Below, piece by piece: positions 40,562-51,729 of a stretch of 64,000 bases of DNA. The DNA is from Bugula neritina (Eukaryota; Animalia; Bryozoa). The stretch spans positions 14,188,722-14,252,721 of the forward strand of contig OZ037766.1 in assembly GCA_964035545.1 (NCBI GenBank), read 5' to 3'. The number at the start of each line of letters is the position of its first letter. The first letter of the stretch is position 1. Below the pieces are notes generated by a model, which saw only the letters and a list, made by a program, of their open reading frames with translations, made no database searches and was not told the origin of the DNA. Made by a program: the position numbers and the translations under genes.

Positions 40562-42195
40562 CTATTCCTCATCTGGTGCACGGCAACAGCAGAAAACTCT
40601 CTGCAAGAACTTCATAGGTCTTGATGAATTGCCATCAATGAGCTCTCTTGTCTCTCTTTCTGCTACAACAGAGAGGATTGTCAGTGTTGCTTACAGCACA
40701 TCATACTTCATACGACAAAGGCAACGAATTATATAAAAACAGAATACTATTTAATCTTCAGATGCTAAACGAAAACAATAAGCTTAATGTATCTATTTTG
40801 AACGCCAACTTACCATCATTATATACATTAGTATTGACCTCCTCTCCAGCTTCTTTGACTCTGTTCTCTTCTACCAACTCAGGTCCATTGGCTCTGTCTG
40901 TCATTTTATAGCTTGTGTCGCTTTTCGTGATTTTACTGAACTTTTCTTCCAGTGCTTCGCTATCACCAGCCATATCACCAAAGATTACTTTTTGTTCAGG
41001 GTTTGCTTCTTTAATTGGCCCATTTTCTGGAAGTTCTTTTTTGTTAACACTCTCAGTTGCTGCTTCATTTTTTCCCATCTCAACTAACAGATCTTTTTCT
41101 ACAAACTCATTAGCTATTTCTATCTTTCCTTTTATTCCTTTGTCATGTTGTTCATTTCCTTCTTTCGTCAATCCTCTTTTCTCTATATTTAAAACTTTAT
41201 CTTTGTCTTCGACTCCTTTGATTTTATCTATTTCTCTTTGCATGGTTTTTTCGTTTTCAACAGGCCTATCTTCTAGTTTTGCTTTGTTTTCTTCTTTTGG
41301 CACTTCCGTCTCAACTCCACCTTCAATCTTTTCTTTTGCAAGTAGCTTGCCTCTATCACCACTTTCCTTTACTTCTGCTATCCAATTTTCTCTTCTTCCC
41401 TTAAGCTTATGATTTTCATTCTCCACCTCTTTTTTCCCTGCCATCTCGGCCGATCCATGATTTGTCCTTCTATTAGAAAAATTATTATTTAGACTTAGCT
41501 TATATCTGCTTAGCTGAAGTTGCAAAATGTTACATGTTTGCTTACAGTAGCAACTTTTTATAGTTAAAATATACAGCAATAGAGAAGCTAAAGACTATAC
41601 TTTTAAAACTATCCAAATATTATATTAATAGATGGCAGAAGTAGCTGTAGCCTAATAGTCAAGGCCTATAATACTGACACACATCATGGGGTTCGTGCCC
41701 TATAGTCATTGGTGATGTTAGAAAGAGCATCTAGTCATAATTACTTCTGTTACAGCAAAAGCCCTCAGACCATGTAGCCAGCATGATCTGAGGCTTAACC
41801 CGCTTAAAAACTTTCCCAGCACTGAAGGCTTCTTACAGAAATGAAGACTTTTAAACTTGAAGATGGGTTTTATAGAAAGGTGTGCTTAGCAAACTGTGAA
41901 ATACTAAAGGTGCATGACTTAAACTTAGGAACAGCTTAAAAGATAATGAAAACAATTTCCCCAGTGTTGACCTTCATAGTGCCACCAATGACTATTGAAA
42001 AATTCCAATCCAATGCCATGCTAATTTGTTGCATCTATCTACTGGAACTAAGTTGTTTCTTAAATATTGAAAATAATAATATAAGTATTATAACTATAAG
42101 TATTACATCATGGTCAACAAAACCTATTGAGTTTAATTATCTCACAAAATACTTTATTAAACTTACGAGTACACAAAGCTGTCTACAGTGCCCAT
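40562..42195 (-). CDS. Uncharacterised Glu/Lys-rich 261-aa protein with N-myristoylation motif (MGTVDS) and C-terminal FCCC, 3 coding exons
   Basis: Exons 42195-42167, 41469-40814 and 40662-40562 sum to 786 nt and splice in frame with GTAAGT donors and TAG acceptors: MGTVDSFVYSRTNHGSAEMAGKKE...MKFLQRVFCCCRAPDEE*. Confidence 0.72.
41641..41760 (+). mobile_element. Degenerate tRNA-derived SINE
   Basis: A-box-like TAGCCTAATAG, B-box-like GGTTCGTGCCC, then TTGGTGATGTTAGAAAGAGCATCTAG, which resembles the conserved GGTTGGCGTCAGGAAGGGCATCC SINE core as I recall it; second copy at 2690-2765. Confidence 0.55.
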
Positions 42196-45100
42196 CTTCC
42201 TAATCAAGCAGTAGATGCAAAAAGGCAATAAAAATACGCATATCGTTTGCAATAAAGGAATACTAAAATAAATAATATCGCTTAGTACCTCCATTTTGTT
42301 TAATTCAATTAATCTATAAATTATGGCAATAGTTTGATTGTTGGGAAGAATGTTTACCATATTAGGAAATTCACTGTTTTATTGTTGCAATTGACCTCTA
42401 CGCATATTTTGGTAAATCTTACTGTTTACAATACAATGATTGTTGCAATTGTTTAGGATATTGTTTTGTTTTTACATTAACTGAGAAGTTGTGTTCTCTA
42501 AATGTTATGTTGCCCAATGCTTAACTTTATGCGTTCATAAAGAGGAGTGTATTTTATTAAAAGTGTGTTGAATTCGCCTTTAAAGTCTGAGCCTTAATAG
42601 GATATATAAATAAGATATTTGCTATATATTCACAACTATTTGGCAAGAATGTGCACTAACAATTTTGTATAATGGCTTGCCAATACAATAACATACTATA
42701 AAGTCATTAGTCCTATATGAAGAGTTCCATTTCAAAATGGGACACATCCACTTTGTGCAATTGTAGATAAACACACTTTAAAGTTTTAAGCAAAATTTCA
42801 TGTTAAAATCTAAAACTTTTTTGTAATTTATATCTATGTTGTAACAGTAAACTTTTTAGTTCATGCTAAAAGATGTAACATTTTAACTGGTGCTTCTGTA
42901 GGCAAAGACATTTTCATGTTTTGTTTCAAAAGGGAACATATCTCTGGGTATGTACCACTTTGCTACAAATGAAGAAGTTGAGTGTGCAATAGATTAACTA
43001 TTTTTTTACAAAAAACAAATAAAACTAAAAGGATACAAGATTTAAAAGTTGAAATCAAAAAAATTAAATGGTATTCGGTATTAAAAGGTGTGTCAGTACT
43101 TAAGCCTGAGAGCATTCATTCACACTCTTCTTTAAATTATTAGGCATGGTCATTATGTTTTATTGTTATATAATATTATGTCACATGCTTGTACATGGGT
43201 CACAGCTGCTCCATGCAAAACTTCAAGAGTTGAACTCTGCCATCTTTTTTTTTACCTGATATTCTATATCATATGAAATTAGTAGTACATACTACATAGC
43301 AGTCACAACTGACAAGAAATGCAGTATTATTGATATTTTAATGTTGAGTTCTAAAGTAAACTCAGTAAAACATGCACCATATTGTATAGTAAACTGTGAA
43401 ATGTAAACACGTTTCGGTTTCATACAAACTAGCAATACAAAAATTGTTTCAAATGCAGCAAAATAATGCATAAGTAGTTTCAGGTAAAGTAAATTTGAAA
43501 CATTCATCAAACAAGCATGAAAGAAGCAATTTTTTGAACCAAAATGTATTTAAAAGGTATGTAAGTTCAAGGTTCAGGTGAGGTGAATTTAAGATATTCA
43601 TCAGACAAGCTAACCCCATAATATTCATATTAGAAGTAAAGGGAGATAGTCATAGTAGAGGTAAAGGGGAGATAGTAATATAGGAGGTAAAGAGATGATA
43701 GTAATATTGGAGATAAAGGAAAGATTGAAACTCAAATGCATGTATAATGGAGAAGGAAGCTTCAAGTGTTCCAGTATCCATGCTGACAAGGGCTATATAA
43801 AACTCCATCAACTTTCTGAAAGGTAAATTTAGTACTGTATGCTTTATACTAACTAACCGACACTCATAGCTAACTGACTTTTCCATATAGCTGTGGTATA
43901 TAAATTTTTGATATGACTTATAATGATATATACTAGGATATGATTATATATAATATAGTATAATGTTGCATTGTATTAAATATAGCACTAAATTCATTCA
44001 GGCAGTAAACAAAAGTCAGTAAAAGAGCTGTTTAGTTTTCTTAATAAATAAATAATAATACATATACAAATAAATAATGTGCATGTAACATATATGTCAG
44101 TATATATATATATATATATATTGTCACAAAACTGTAGGTAGCAGTGTGACGAGTTCGAAAAGTCTGGTAGTCAGAAGTATAGAGACAAGTAGCATACAGC
44201 TTGCTAATCCAGTTGAGAGTAATAGAGTTGTGGATATAAGTAGACTTTATTTCTCTAGTAAGATATGCACAGATGAATTTGTAAAAATTAACTCCGAGAA
44301 TGAACTTATAAAAATGAACTGATTCGTAAACACAACTGCCTCAGTATTTATAGTAAACAGAAAAACTCTAGAACATTCTCAAGCATTCCAGTATAGAAGA
44401 TTCTAGTAGGAAACATTCCCCACATGCCAATACTATAGAATGACACTCTTTGCTATGACTCTTGCTTTAGAGTGACACTCGAGCTTATACAGCCTGACTA
44501 GGAATAGGGAGGGTTTTAGACGTGATCAGAGTTTATTTGAGTCACCAAATACTGACCAAATGCTGACCAAACACTGACCGTAAAAACTAAAATAATAATG
44601 ATACAACATAAGGCATAAGGCAAACAAAATGTACGTAATATAATAAGTATGTATGTAAAAGCACTAGCAATGTATATCATAAATTGTAGATAGCAGCATG
44701 AAATAATGATTCAACATAGCATGCAACTACAGCCCATATTATTAAAAACTTTATAACATAAAAATGTAATAACGATATATAATTGTAAATAGATGCTCAT
44801 TACCTCTTTTCTCTCTCTCCTAGTCTACTGTTATGTTGATGCTGTGGCTTTGCACAGTCTTTCAAATAATGCTACTCTTTGGTAGTCTTACATAAATTTA
44901 ATGCTGTCCAAACTGACAGCATGACTCTAACAATATTCCAACTACTAAAAATGGTTTTGTCTTATATACTAATCCATTTGATAAACATTATTGTGTTGTA
45001 AGAGGTATGATTTTACAATTTACTATTTTGGGGTAGGATCTTACTGTTTCAAGAAGTGGGCTGAAGTAAACAAGCATGTGTGACATCACAGCTGATGCAA

Positions 45101-45393
45101 GCATAACTGCTGACTATGAATCATTCTACATGCGTAGCTACTGTTTTGGGGTAGTAATTAAAGAAGCATTAGGTTGACTACTGGCAGCTAGTGGTTATAG
45201 GCTAATTTGAGGTTGATGACATTGTGATTGTGTGTGATTGTACTACAAGTTATAATATCTGTAAACATCCTATTTCGTAACATTACACTCCCCCCTTTAA
45301 TTTCTCTCTATTCACTTAGAGGGAATTAACAATTATATTATTATGCATTTAAAATACTAAGCTAAAATACTAATATAGGTATGCATGCAAAGG

Positions 45394-48300
45394 TTATGGG
45401 GTAAATAGGTAAATTAATTTGTGGATAGGCCTATCTAAGTATGTGGGTGGAGCTAGTCTCACACCTTTACTGTTCAACTCTGTAGTTGCTAGTTGCACCT
45501 TTACCTTACGAATTAAGTCATCTCTAGTTTTATGTGTTTCTATCACTCTAGCTATGGGCCATTCGTTCCTATGTGTATTTTCATTTTTGACAAGTACTAT
45601 GTCACCTTTGCGAATATTTGATTGCGGCTTATGCCACTTTTGCCTTCCCTGAAGATTGTGCAAATACTGTGTTTTCCATTTTGTCCAGAACGAGTTAGCT
45701 AGGCTTTGAACTTGTCTCCATCTTTTATTGGAGTACATATCATTTTGGTCAAATTGTCCTGGTGGCGGTGGTACATGCTTTGATTTCATTGTCAAGAGTT
45801 GATTTGGTGTTAGTGGTGTATTACCATCATCTAGTGTGTTAAGAGGTCTACCATTTACTATGGCCATTGCTTCATAAAAAAATGTTCTCAATGTTGTTGA
45901 GTCTAGCCTGGTTTTATGCATATCTAACATGGAGTTTAGCACATTTCTAACACTTCGTATTTGTCTCTCCCATACACCACCCATATGGCTGGCACTCGGT
46001 ACATTTGTAACAAAGTCTAAATCGTTTTCCCTTGCAAAAGACTGGATTCTTGTTTGGTTTGACTTGAGTTCTTTAAATGCGCCAACAAAATTTGTGCCAC
46101 AGTCTGATCTAAGTTGTCTGATAGGTCCCCTAATAGCAATGAGGCACCGCAGTGCATTTATGAAAGCATCTGTAGTCATGTCATCTAATATTTCTAAGTG
46201 AATTGCCCGTGAGGCCATGCATGTAAATATTAGACCGTATTTCTTTAATTCTGCTCTCCTATCCTTTACAATAAATGGTCCAAACACGTCACATCCTACA
46301 TAGGTAAATGGTGGAGCTGGTTCAACTCTTTCTACTGGCAAGTCTGCCATCTTTTGGGTCATTGGAGCATGTCTTTGTTTTCTACATGTTATGCATTGGT
46401 GAATGTAAGAGCTTACTACTCTTGAGATTCCTATAATGTAATAGCCTGTAGACTTAATTTCACTAATTGTCAAATTCTTTCCTTGATGTGCAACCTTCTC
46501 ATGGCACTGTTTAATCACAAGTTTGGTTACATGTGAGTTGCTTGGTAACATTATTGGGTGCTTTTCATTATAGTTCAACTGTGAATCTCGGAGTCGTCCT
46601 CCTACACGTATCAAGCCATGTTTGTCTAGAAATGGATCTAACTGCGTTAGTTTACTATCTTTACTTACACATTTGTCTTTACTTAGCCTGCAATATTCAT
46701 CTGAAAATGACTCTTTTTGTACCCACTGCATTATTAGATGTTTGGCATCTGTCAAGTCATCAATTGTGAGTCTGGGAGTTATGCTACCTTTATGCTTTAC
46801 CAATCTTTTGACTGCACTTACTGCTTTGATAGCATTTTTTAGGTCTGAGAATCTGCTTAGGTGTTGCTCTAATGAGCACTTAGATTGAGGCTCTGTGTTG
46901 GTTTGTAAACATAATTTGACCTCTGGGTCGGAGGAATCTATCTCATAGTTACTGTCTGTATTTAGCATATGTGATAAATCTGGCTGCCATAAAAATTTTG
47001 GTCCTTGAAACCAGTCTGTACTGAGTAGCTTTTTGATACTGGCACCTCTGGATGCTATATCAGCTGGATTTATGCTTGTGTTGATGTAATTCCATTGTGC
47101 TGCTTTGCTTTTGGATAGAATTTGTTGTACCCTGTTTGCTACAAATGGTTGAAATTTCTTAGTTGTGTTGTGTATGTAGCCCAAGACTACTTTAGAATCA
47201 GTCCAGAAATATTCATTTGTTATAGGCATTGCTAATTCTGTGGTTACTACAGTGGACATTTTTGAGGATAGTACAGCTGCCATTAACTCTGCTCTTGGCA
47301 TTGTTATAGGCTTTATTGATGCAACCCTAGATTTTGCAGAAAGCAATGTGCAGTGTATGTTGTCATTTACATCAACTAGTCTCAGATAAGTGCATTGACC
47401 CAAACCATTGTTACTGGCATCACAAAAGTGATGTAGCTCTGTTAGTCTGATAGTACTTAGGCTTTTAGGTTTCAAGCATCTTGGAATTTTTATTTGAGGC
47501 AGTTCTGCTAATTCTCTTTGCCATGTTACCCAACTGTTTTCTAGTTCTGGTTTTAGTGCATCATCCCAATCAGCTTTGTCTTTGCACATTTCTTGCAAAA
47601 TGTTCTTTCCAATTAAAATAACTGGTGAGAGAAACCCTAAGGGATCAAAAACTGAGGCTATTGTAGACAAAACGCCTCTTCTAGTATGTGGTTTCTCTTT
47701 CATGCTAGCTTTGAACTGAAATTCATCATTTTTTATGCACCAATGAACACCTAGCACACGTTCTACTGGCATATCTGTGTTTAAGTTTAAATCTTTCATT
47801 GTTTCAGCATGTTCAGATTCAGGTATTGTGGCTAGAACTGCTTGGTCATTGGATACAAACTTATGGAGTCTTACATTTCCCTTGGCACATATATCAATTG
47901 CACTCTTGATTACACTGGCTATTTGTTCTTGTGAGTCTAGGCTCATTAGTCCGTCATCTACATAAAAGTCATTTTCAATAAAGTTCACTGCCTGTTTGTC
48001 ACTGTCAGTACCAGAGTCCCCGTGATCTCTAGCCAATGTTCTTAAGCCGTAAGTCGCACAAGCAGGAGATGATTTAGCCCCAAATAAGTGAACTGTCATG
48101 CGGTACTCAACAATGTCAGTCATAGTCTCGTCTTTAAACCAGAGAAATCTAAGGTAGTCTCTATCTGACTCATGTACTTTGAACATGTGAAACATTTTTT
48201 GTATATCACACATTACAGCTATTTGCCCTTTTCTGAATCTATGCAATACTCCTACTAGGTTGTTCATAAAGTCTGGTCCTTGTATCAAGTGATCATTGAG

Positions 48301-51075
48301 ACTTGTGTTCTTAAATTTTGCTGCGCAGTCAAAAACTACTCTAATCTTGTTCTTTTTGGGATGGTACACGCCAAAGTGGGGAATGTACCACTGATGATTG
48401 CTTGCCTCACAAGTTGTAGGTACCAATTCTGCATCGCCATTGTTTATTATGTCTGTCATGAATGCCACGTAATCTGTTCGATATTTCTGGTCTTTAAGCA
48501 TTTTAGTTTTGAGGGTATCAAGTCTGTGCACAGCTAATTGTCTATTGTTTGGTAATTGTGGCTTAGCATTTTTAAACGGCAGTGGCATGCTGTAATAATT
48601 GTCTTCTCTTTGTTTAATATTGTTGCGCATGTTATCTAAAAACTTGGCATCTTCCTGTGACATTTTATGAGTACCAATGTACTTTGTGTCAGTATAATCT
48701 TGCTGTAGGACATTCAAGATATCTGAGCTCAAGTTCTGCTCATGAGCCATAGCCCTATTGCATGTGGGAAATGAGTTTGTTTCATGCTCACCACTATTGC
48801 CTACAATACACCATCCTAGAGGTGTTCTCAGAGCAAAGGGATCATTGATTGCAGGGCCTATTTTAGTTTCAAGTGGTACTAAAGCTCTGGAGTTGTCATA
48901 CCCTATAAGCATTCCTATCTCTATATCTAAACTTTGTGGTATTTCACCTGCAATGCATTTAAGGTGTGGCCATCTATTGGCTATTTCTGGTGTGGGTATG
49001 TGCTGCTTGTTAATTGGAATGCTGTCCCTACTGTAAGTCTTTCCTACTTGTATCTGCTCATGCATGTTAAGTCCTCTAATGGTCAAGTTATTGTACACCT
49101 TACACTTCATTTCCAAGTTGTCAGCTGTCATTGTTGTTAGTTTAAGAGAAACTGGTTTGCTTGTAGCTGTTTGTAGCTTACTAACAACTTGGTTAGTTAC
49201 AAATGTGGTATCTGACATGCTATCTAAGAGTGCATAAGTTAGCACTTCCTCATTAGGGTTATCTACAGTTGCTAGGTATATAGGCACAACCATTGAGCAC
49301 AAGCCATTTGTTTTAGCCACTGTATTGTTGCTGTTAGCTGTTACTTGCTCTGGGTTGTTGCTACTTGCTACTTCATTTACCTGCACTGTTTCTACTTTGG
49401 TATTACTGTTGTTAGCTTGTGTAGCTGGCTGATTGCTTCTATGCGTTACAGTAGGATGCCTTTTTTGGCATATTTTACAAGTAGCTCTATTTCTGCATTC
49501 TTTTGTCATGTGACCTATTCTCAAGCAACCAAAGCATAATCTTTTACTAGCAATGAACTGTTGTTTTTGATCAACTGGTATGCTAGCCAGTTTTCTACAC
49601 TCATGTGTGCTATGATTACTGTAATTGCAGTAGAGGCATAGTTTAGCTTTGTGGTTTTCTGTACTTTTAACACCAGGAGAATGCTCTTCTATGCTAGTAG
49701 CAAAGCTAATGCCCTTGTTGTTGTGCTTTTGAGGCTTATGTGAGTCTATGACCCTTGAACCTGGCAAAGATGAAGTGATTGGATCGTTTAGGATTTCTGC
49801 TTCTGTTTGCACAAACTTTACAAACTGACTAAAACTGGGGTAACTCCTGTGATTTTTCCTATGTGTGGTTACCTCCCGCTTCCATCTGTTTATCATGTTA
49901 TCTGGCAGCTTGGACATGAGCTCAAGATTCTTTTCGCAATCATTTAAAATTCTCAACTCTTTAATATCTTTTGCTGCTATTTCACAATGTGTGAGGAAGT
50001 CAGAAAATGATTGTATCTGCTTATGTTCATGTGGTTTCATTTTGGGCCAAGCATTAATTTTCTTTCGAAATTCATTAGCAACTGTGAATTCTGACCCAAA
50101 TCTTTCTTTCAAAATTATTCTGGCCTTTTGGTATGCTGCTAGTGTATGTAAACTGCATAGGCCACTAATTGCTTCCCTAGCAGGTCCATCAACATGCTGT
50201 TTCAAGACATACATTTTACCATCATCACCTATCATTTTATCCTTGATGTAACTCTCTATGGCATATTCCCAATCTATAAAGTCTAAGGGATTTCCCCTAA
50301 ATATTGGTGGCTTTGGCACATTGTTGGCTTGTATTGCTCTTGTTAAGCATGTGGCCAGGTATTCATTACTGCATGTAGAATGCTGTGATTCATTGTTTTG
50401 CATGCTGCCTATTTGCTGTGGTTGGTTGCTTTGTAAAACTTCTACTGGCCTACTAAAAATAACTTCACTATTGCTTTCTTGATTCACTATTGGTTGGCAA
50501 TTATCTAAATACTCTGCTAGCTCATCTCTAACATCTACATCATGTTCCTCTATTATTTCCTGCCTTATTCTCAGTTGTTTCTGTTTTTCTAACAGCTTAC
50601 TTTTACTTAATTCCAACTGGACATTGGCTAACTGCCTTTCTAGCTCAGCCTGTCTTTGCATGGCTTCCATTTCAATTTCTAATTGTGCAACTTGCAATTT
50701 TGTCTTGGCTGAGATGAATGAGCTTGCTTTTGATGTGTGTTTACTGCTAGCATGTACTGAATGGCTTTCGCCCTTACATTGTTCATGTATACTGTTAATT
50801 TGCTGTGTTAAGTCCTCAAGGTGAGGATGACTTGGAGCTAATGACTTTAGAATTGCTAAGTCAGCATCTGCATCTAACATAATTCGTTGTATGTCATCCC
50901 AAAATTCATTATCATGATTGTCTGTTGCTGCATGCCTACTTCTAAACCTTTTAATTGCACTTGTGACAGATTTAAACCTTTTTTCTACCTCTAATTGTTT
51001 TCCCTTTGTAGATAGGGTTTTGACTCGGCTGCTAATCCTAATGCTATTACTACATGTGGATGTGTCATCATTCAT
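45394..51075 (-). CDS. BEL/Pao Gag-Pol polyprotein
   Basis: Intact 1893 aa: triple zinc knuckle, protease LLDSMS, RT YIPHFGV...RVVFD...FYVDD, RNase H HHFCDAS, integrase H..H/CxxC/DDE, C-terminal RWRQVQ...WPIARV. Confidence 0.96.
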   Translation of the reverse strand: MNDDTSTCSNSIRISSRVKTLSTKGKQLEVEKRFKSVTSAIKRFRSRHAATDNHDNEFWDDIQRIMLDADADLAILKSLAPSHPHLEDLTQQINSIHEQCKGESHSVHASSKHTSKASSFISAKTKLQVAQLEIEMEAMQRQAELERQLANVQLELSKSKLLEKQKQLRIRQEIIEEHDVDVRDELAEYLDNCQPIVNQESNSEVIFSRPVEVLQSNQPQQIGSMQNNESQHSTCSNEYLATCLTRAIQANNVPKPPIFRGNPLDFIDWEYAIESYIKDKMIGDDGKMYVLKQHVDGPAREAISGLCSLHTLAAYQKARIILKERFGSEFTVANEFRKKINAWPKMKPHEHKQIQSFSDFLTHCEIAAKDIKELRILNDCEKNLELMSKLPDNMINRWKREVTTHRKNHRSYPSFSQFVKFVQTEAEILNDPITSSLPGSRVIDSHKPQKHNNKGISFATSIEEHSPGVKSTENHKAKLCLYCNYSNHSTHECRKLASIPVDQKQQFIASKRLCFGCLRIGHMTKECRNRATCKICQKRHPTVTHRSNQPATQANNSNTKVETVQVNEVASSNNPEQVTANSNNTVAKTNGLCSMVVPIYLATVDNPNEEVLTYALLDSMSDTTFVTNQVVSKLQTATSKPVSLKLTTMTADNLEMKCKVYNNLTIRGLNMHEQIQVGKTYSRDSIPINKQHIPTPEIANRWPHLKCIAGEIPQSLDIEIGMLIGYDNSRALVPLETKIGPAINDPFALRTPLGWCIVGNSGEHETNSFPTCNRAMAHEQNLSSDILNVLQQDYTDTKYIGTHKMSQEDAKFLDNMRNNIKQREDNYYSMPLPFKNAKPQLPNNRQLAVHRLDTLKTKMLKDQKYRTDYVAFMTDIINNGDAELVPTTCEASNHQWYIPHFGVYHPKKNKIRVVFDCAAKFKNTSLNDHLIQGPDFMNNLVGVLHRFRKGQIAVMCDIQKMFHMFKVHESDRDYLRFLWFKDETMTDIVEYRMTVHLFGAKSSPACATYGLRTLARDHGDSGTDSDKQAVNFIENDFYVDDGLMSLDSQEQIASVIKSAIDICAKGNVRLHKFVSNDQAVLATIPESEHAETMKDLNLNTDMPVERVLGVHWCIKNDEFQFKASMKEKPHTRRGVLSTIASVFDPLGFLSPVILIGKNILQEMCKDKADWDDALKPELENSWVTWQRELAELPQIKIPRCLKPKSLSTIRLTELHHFCDASNNGLGQCTYLRLVDVNDNIHCTLLSAKSRVASIKPITMPRAELMAAVLSSKMSTVVTTELAMPITNEYFWTDSKVVLGYIHNTTKKFQPFVANRVQQILSKSKAAQWNYINTSINPADIASRGASIKKLLSTDWFQGPKFLWQPDLSHMLNTDSNYEIDSSDPEVKLCLQTNTEPQSKCSLEQHLSRFSDLKNAIKAVSAVKRLVKHKGSITPRLTIDDLTDAKHLIMQWVQKESFSDEYCRLSKDKCVSKDSKLTQLDPFLDKHGLIRVGGRLRDSQLNYNEKHPIMLPSNSHVTKLVIKQCHEKVAHQGKNLTISEIKSTGYYIIGISRVVSSYIHQCITCRKQRHAPMTQKMADLPVERVEPAPPFTYVGCDVFGPFIVKDRRAELKKYGLIFTCMASRAIHLEILDDMTTDAFINALRCLIAIRGPIRQLRSDCGTNFVGAFKELKSNQTRIQSFARENDLDFVTNVPSASHMGGVWERQIRSVRNVLNSMLDMHKTRLDSTTLRTFFYEAMAIVNGRPLNTLDDGNTPLTPNQLLTMKSKHVPPPPGQFDQNDMYSNKRWRQVQSLANSFWTKWKTQYLHNLQGRQKWHKPQSNIRKGDIVLVKNENTHRNEWPIARVIETHKTRDDLIRKVKVQLATTELNSKGVRLAPPTYLDRPIHKLIYLFTP

Positions 51076-51600
51076 TGTTGCTGTGTTAGTAATAGAGACA
51101 GTTAGTGAAAAGCATGCATTTACTTACTACAGCTATTTTATAACCTAAATTCAGTAGGAAAACTAGTTTGAACTAGTTTGTCAAGAACTATCACTAGCCA
51201 ACAGCTAATGCAAACAAACAGCTGATGCCAGCACAGGGATTGCACCCAACTGCCCAATCAGAAACAGGGAGATCCTAATTGATTTTATGGGGCTTTGACA
51301 CAATGTCTATCAAATGGAGTTTCTATAATTACAATACTTCCAAAAAATAAATCTGCATGCAAGCCTAATTATTCTAATAACTTTCCATTCAACTATTTCC
51401 TTTATAATTATGTCACTTATATGTGAAGGTGCGGGTTATATGGTAATCTCTCACCAATCTGCTGATTCCAGGTCACCTTTGTATGTAGTTGAGAGTAGTT
51501 GAGAATAATCCTGATAAATGTTAGTAATGTTTATATAGTTGAGGTGGGTAGAAGTGAGGTTCTCTTTGTGGTCGTCTTATGTTTGTCGACTTCTTTTGTT

Positions 51601-51729
51601 GGACTTGAGATGGAGCTTTTTCTCCCGGACTTGAGTAAGAGTTTTTACTCCCGCACTTTGAGAAAGAGTTTTTACTCCCGGACTTTGAGAAAGAGTTTTT
51701 ACTCCCGGACTTTGAGAAAGAGTTTTTAC
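51601..51729 (-). repeat. 27-bp tandem repeat at the PBS position of the BEL element
   Basis: Minus-strand unit GTAAAAACTCTTTCTCAAAGTCCGGGA; the 9-mer occurs at 51721, 51694, 51667 and 51640, with a degenerate fifth copy. Confidence 0.92.
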
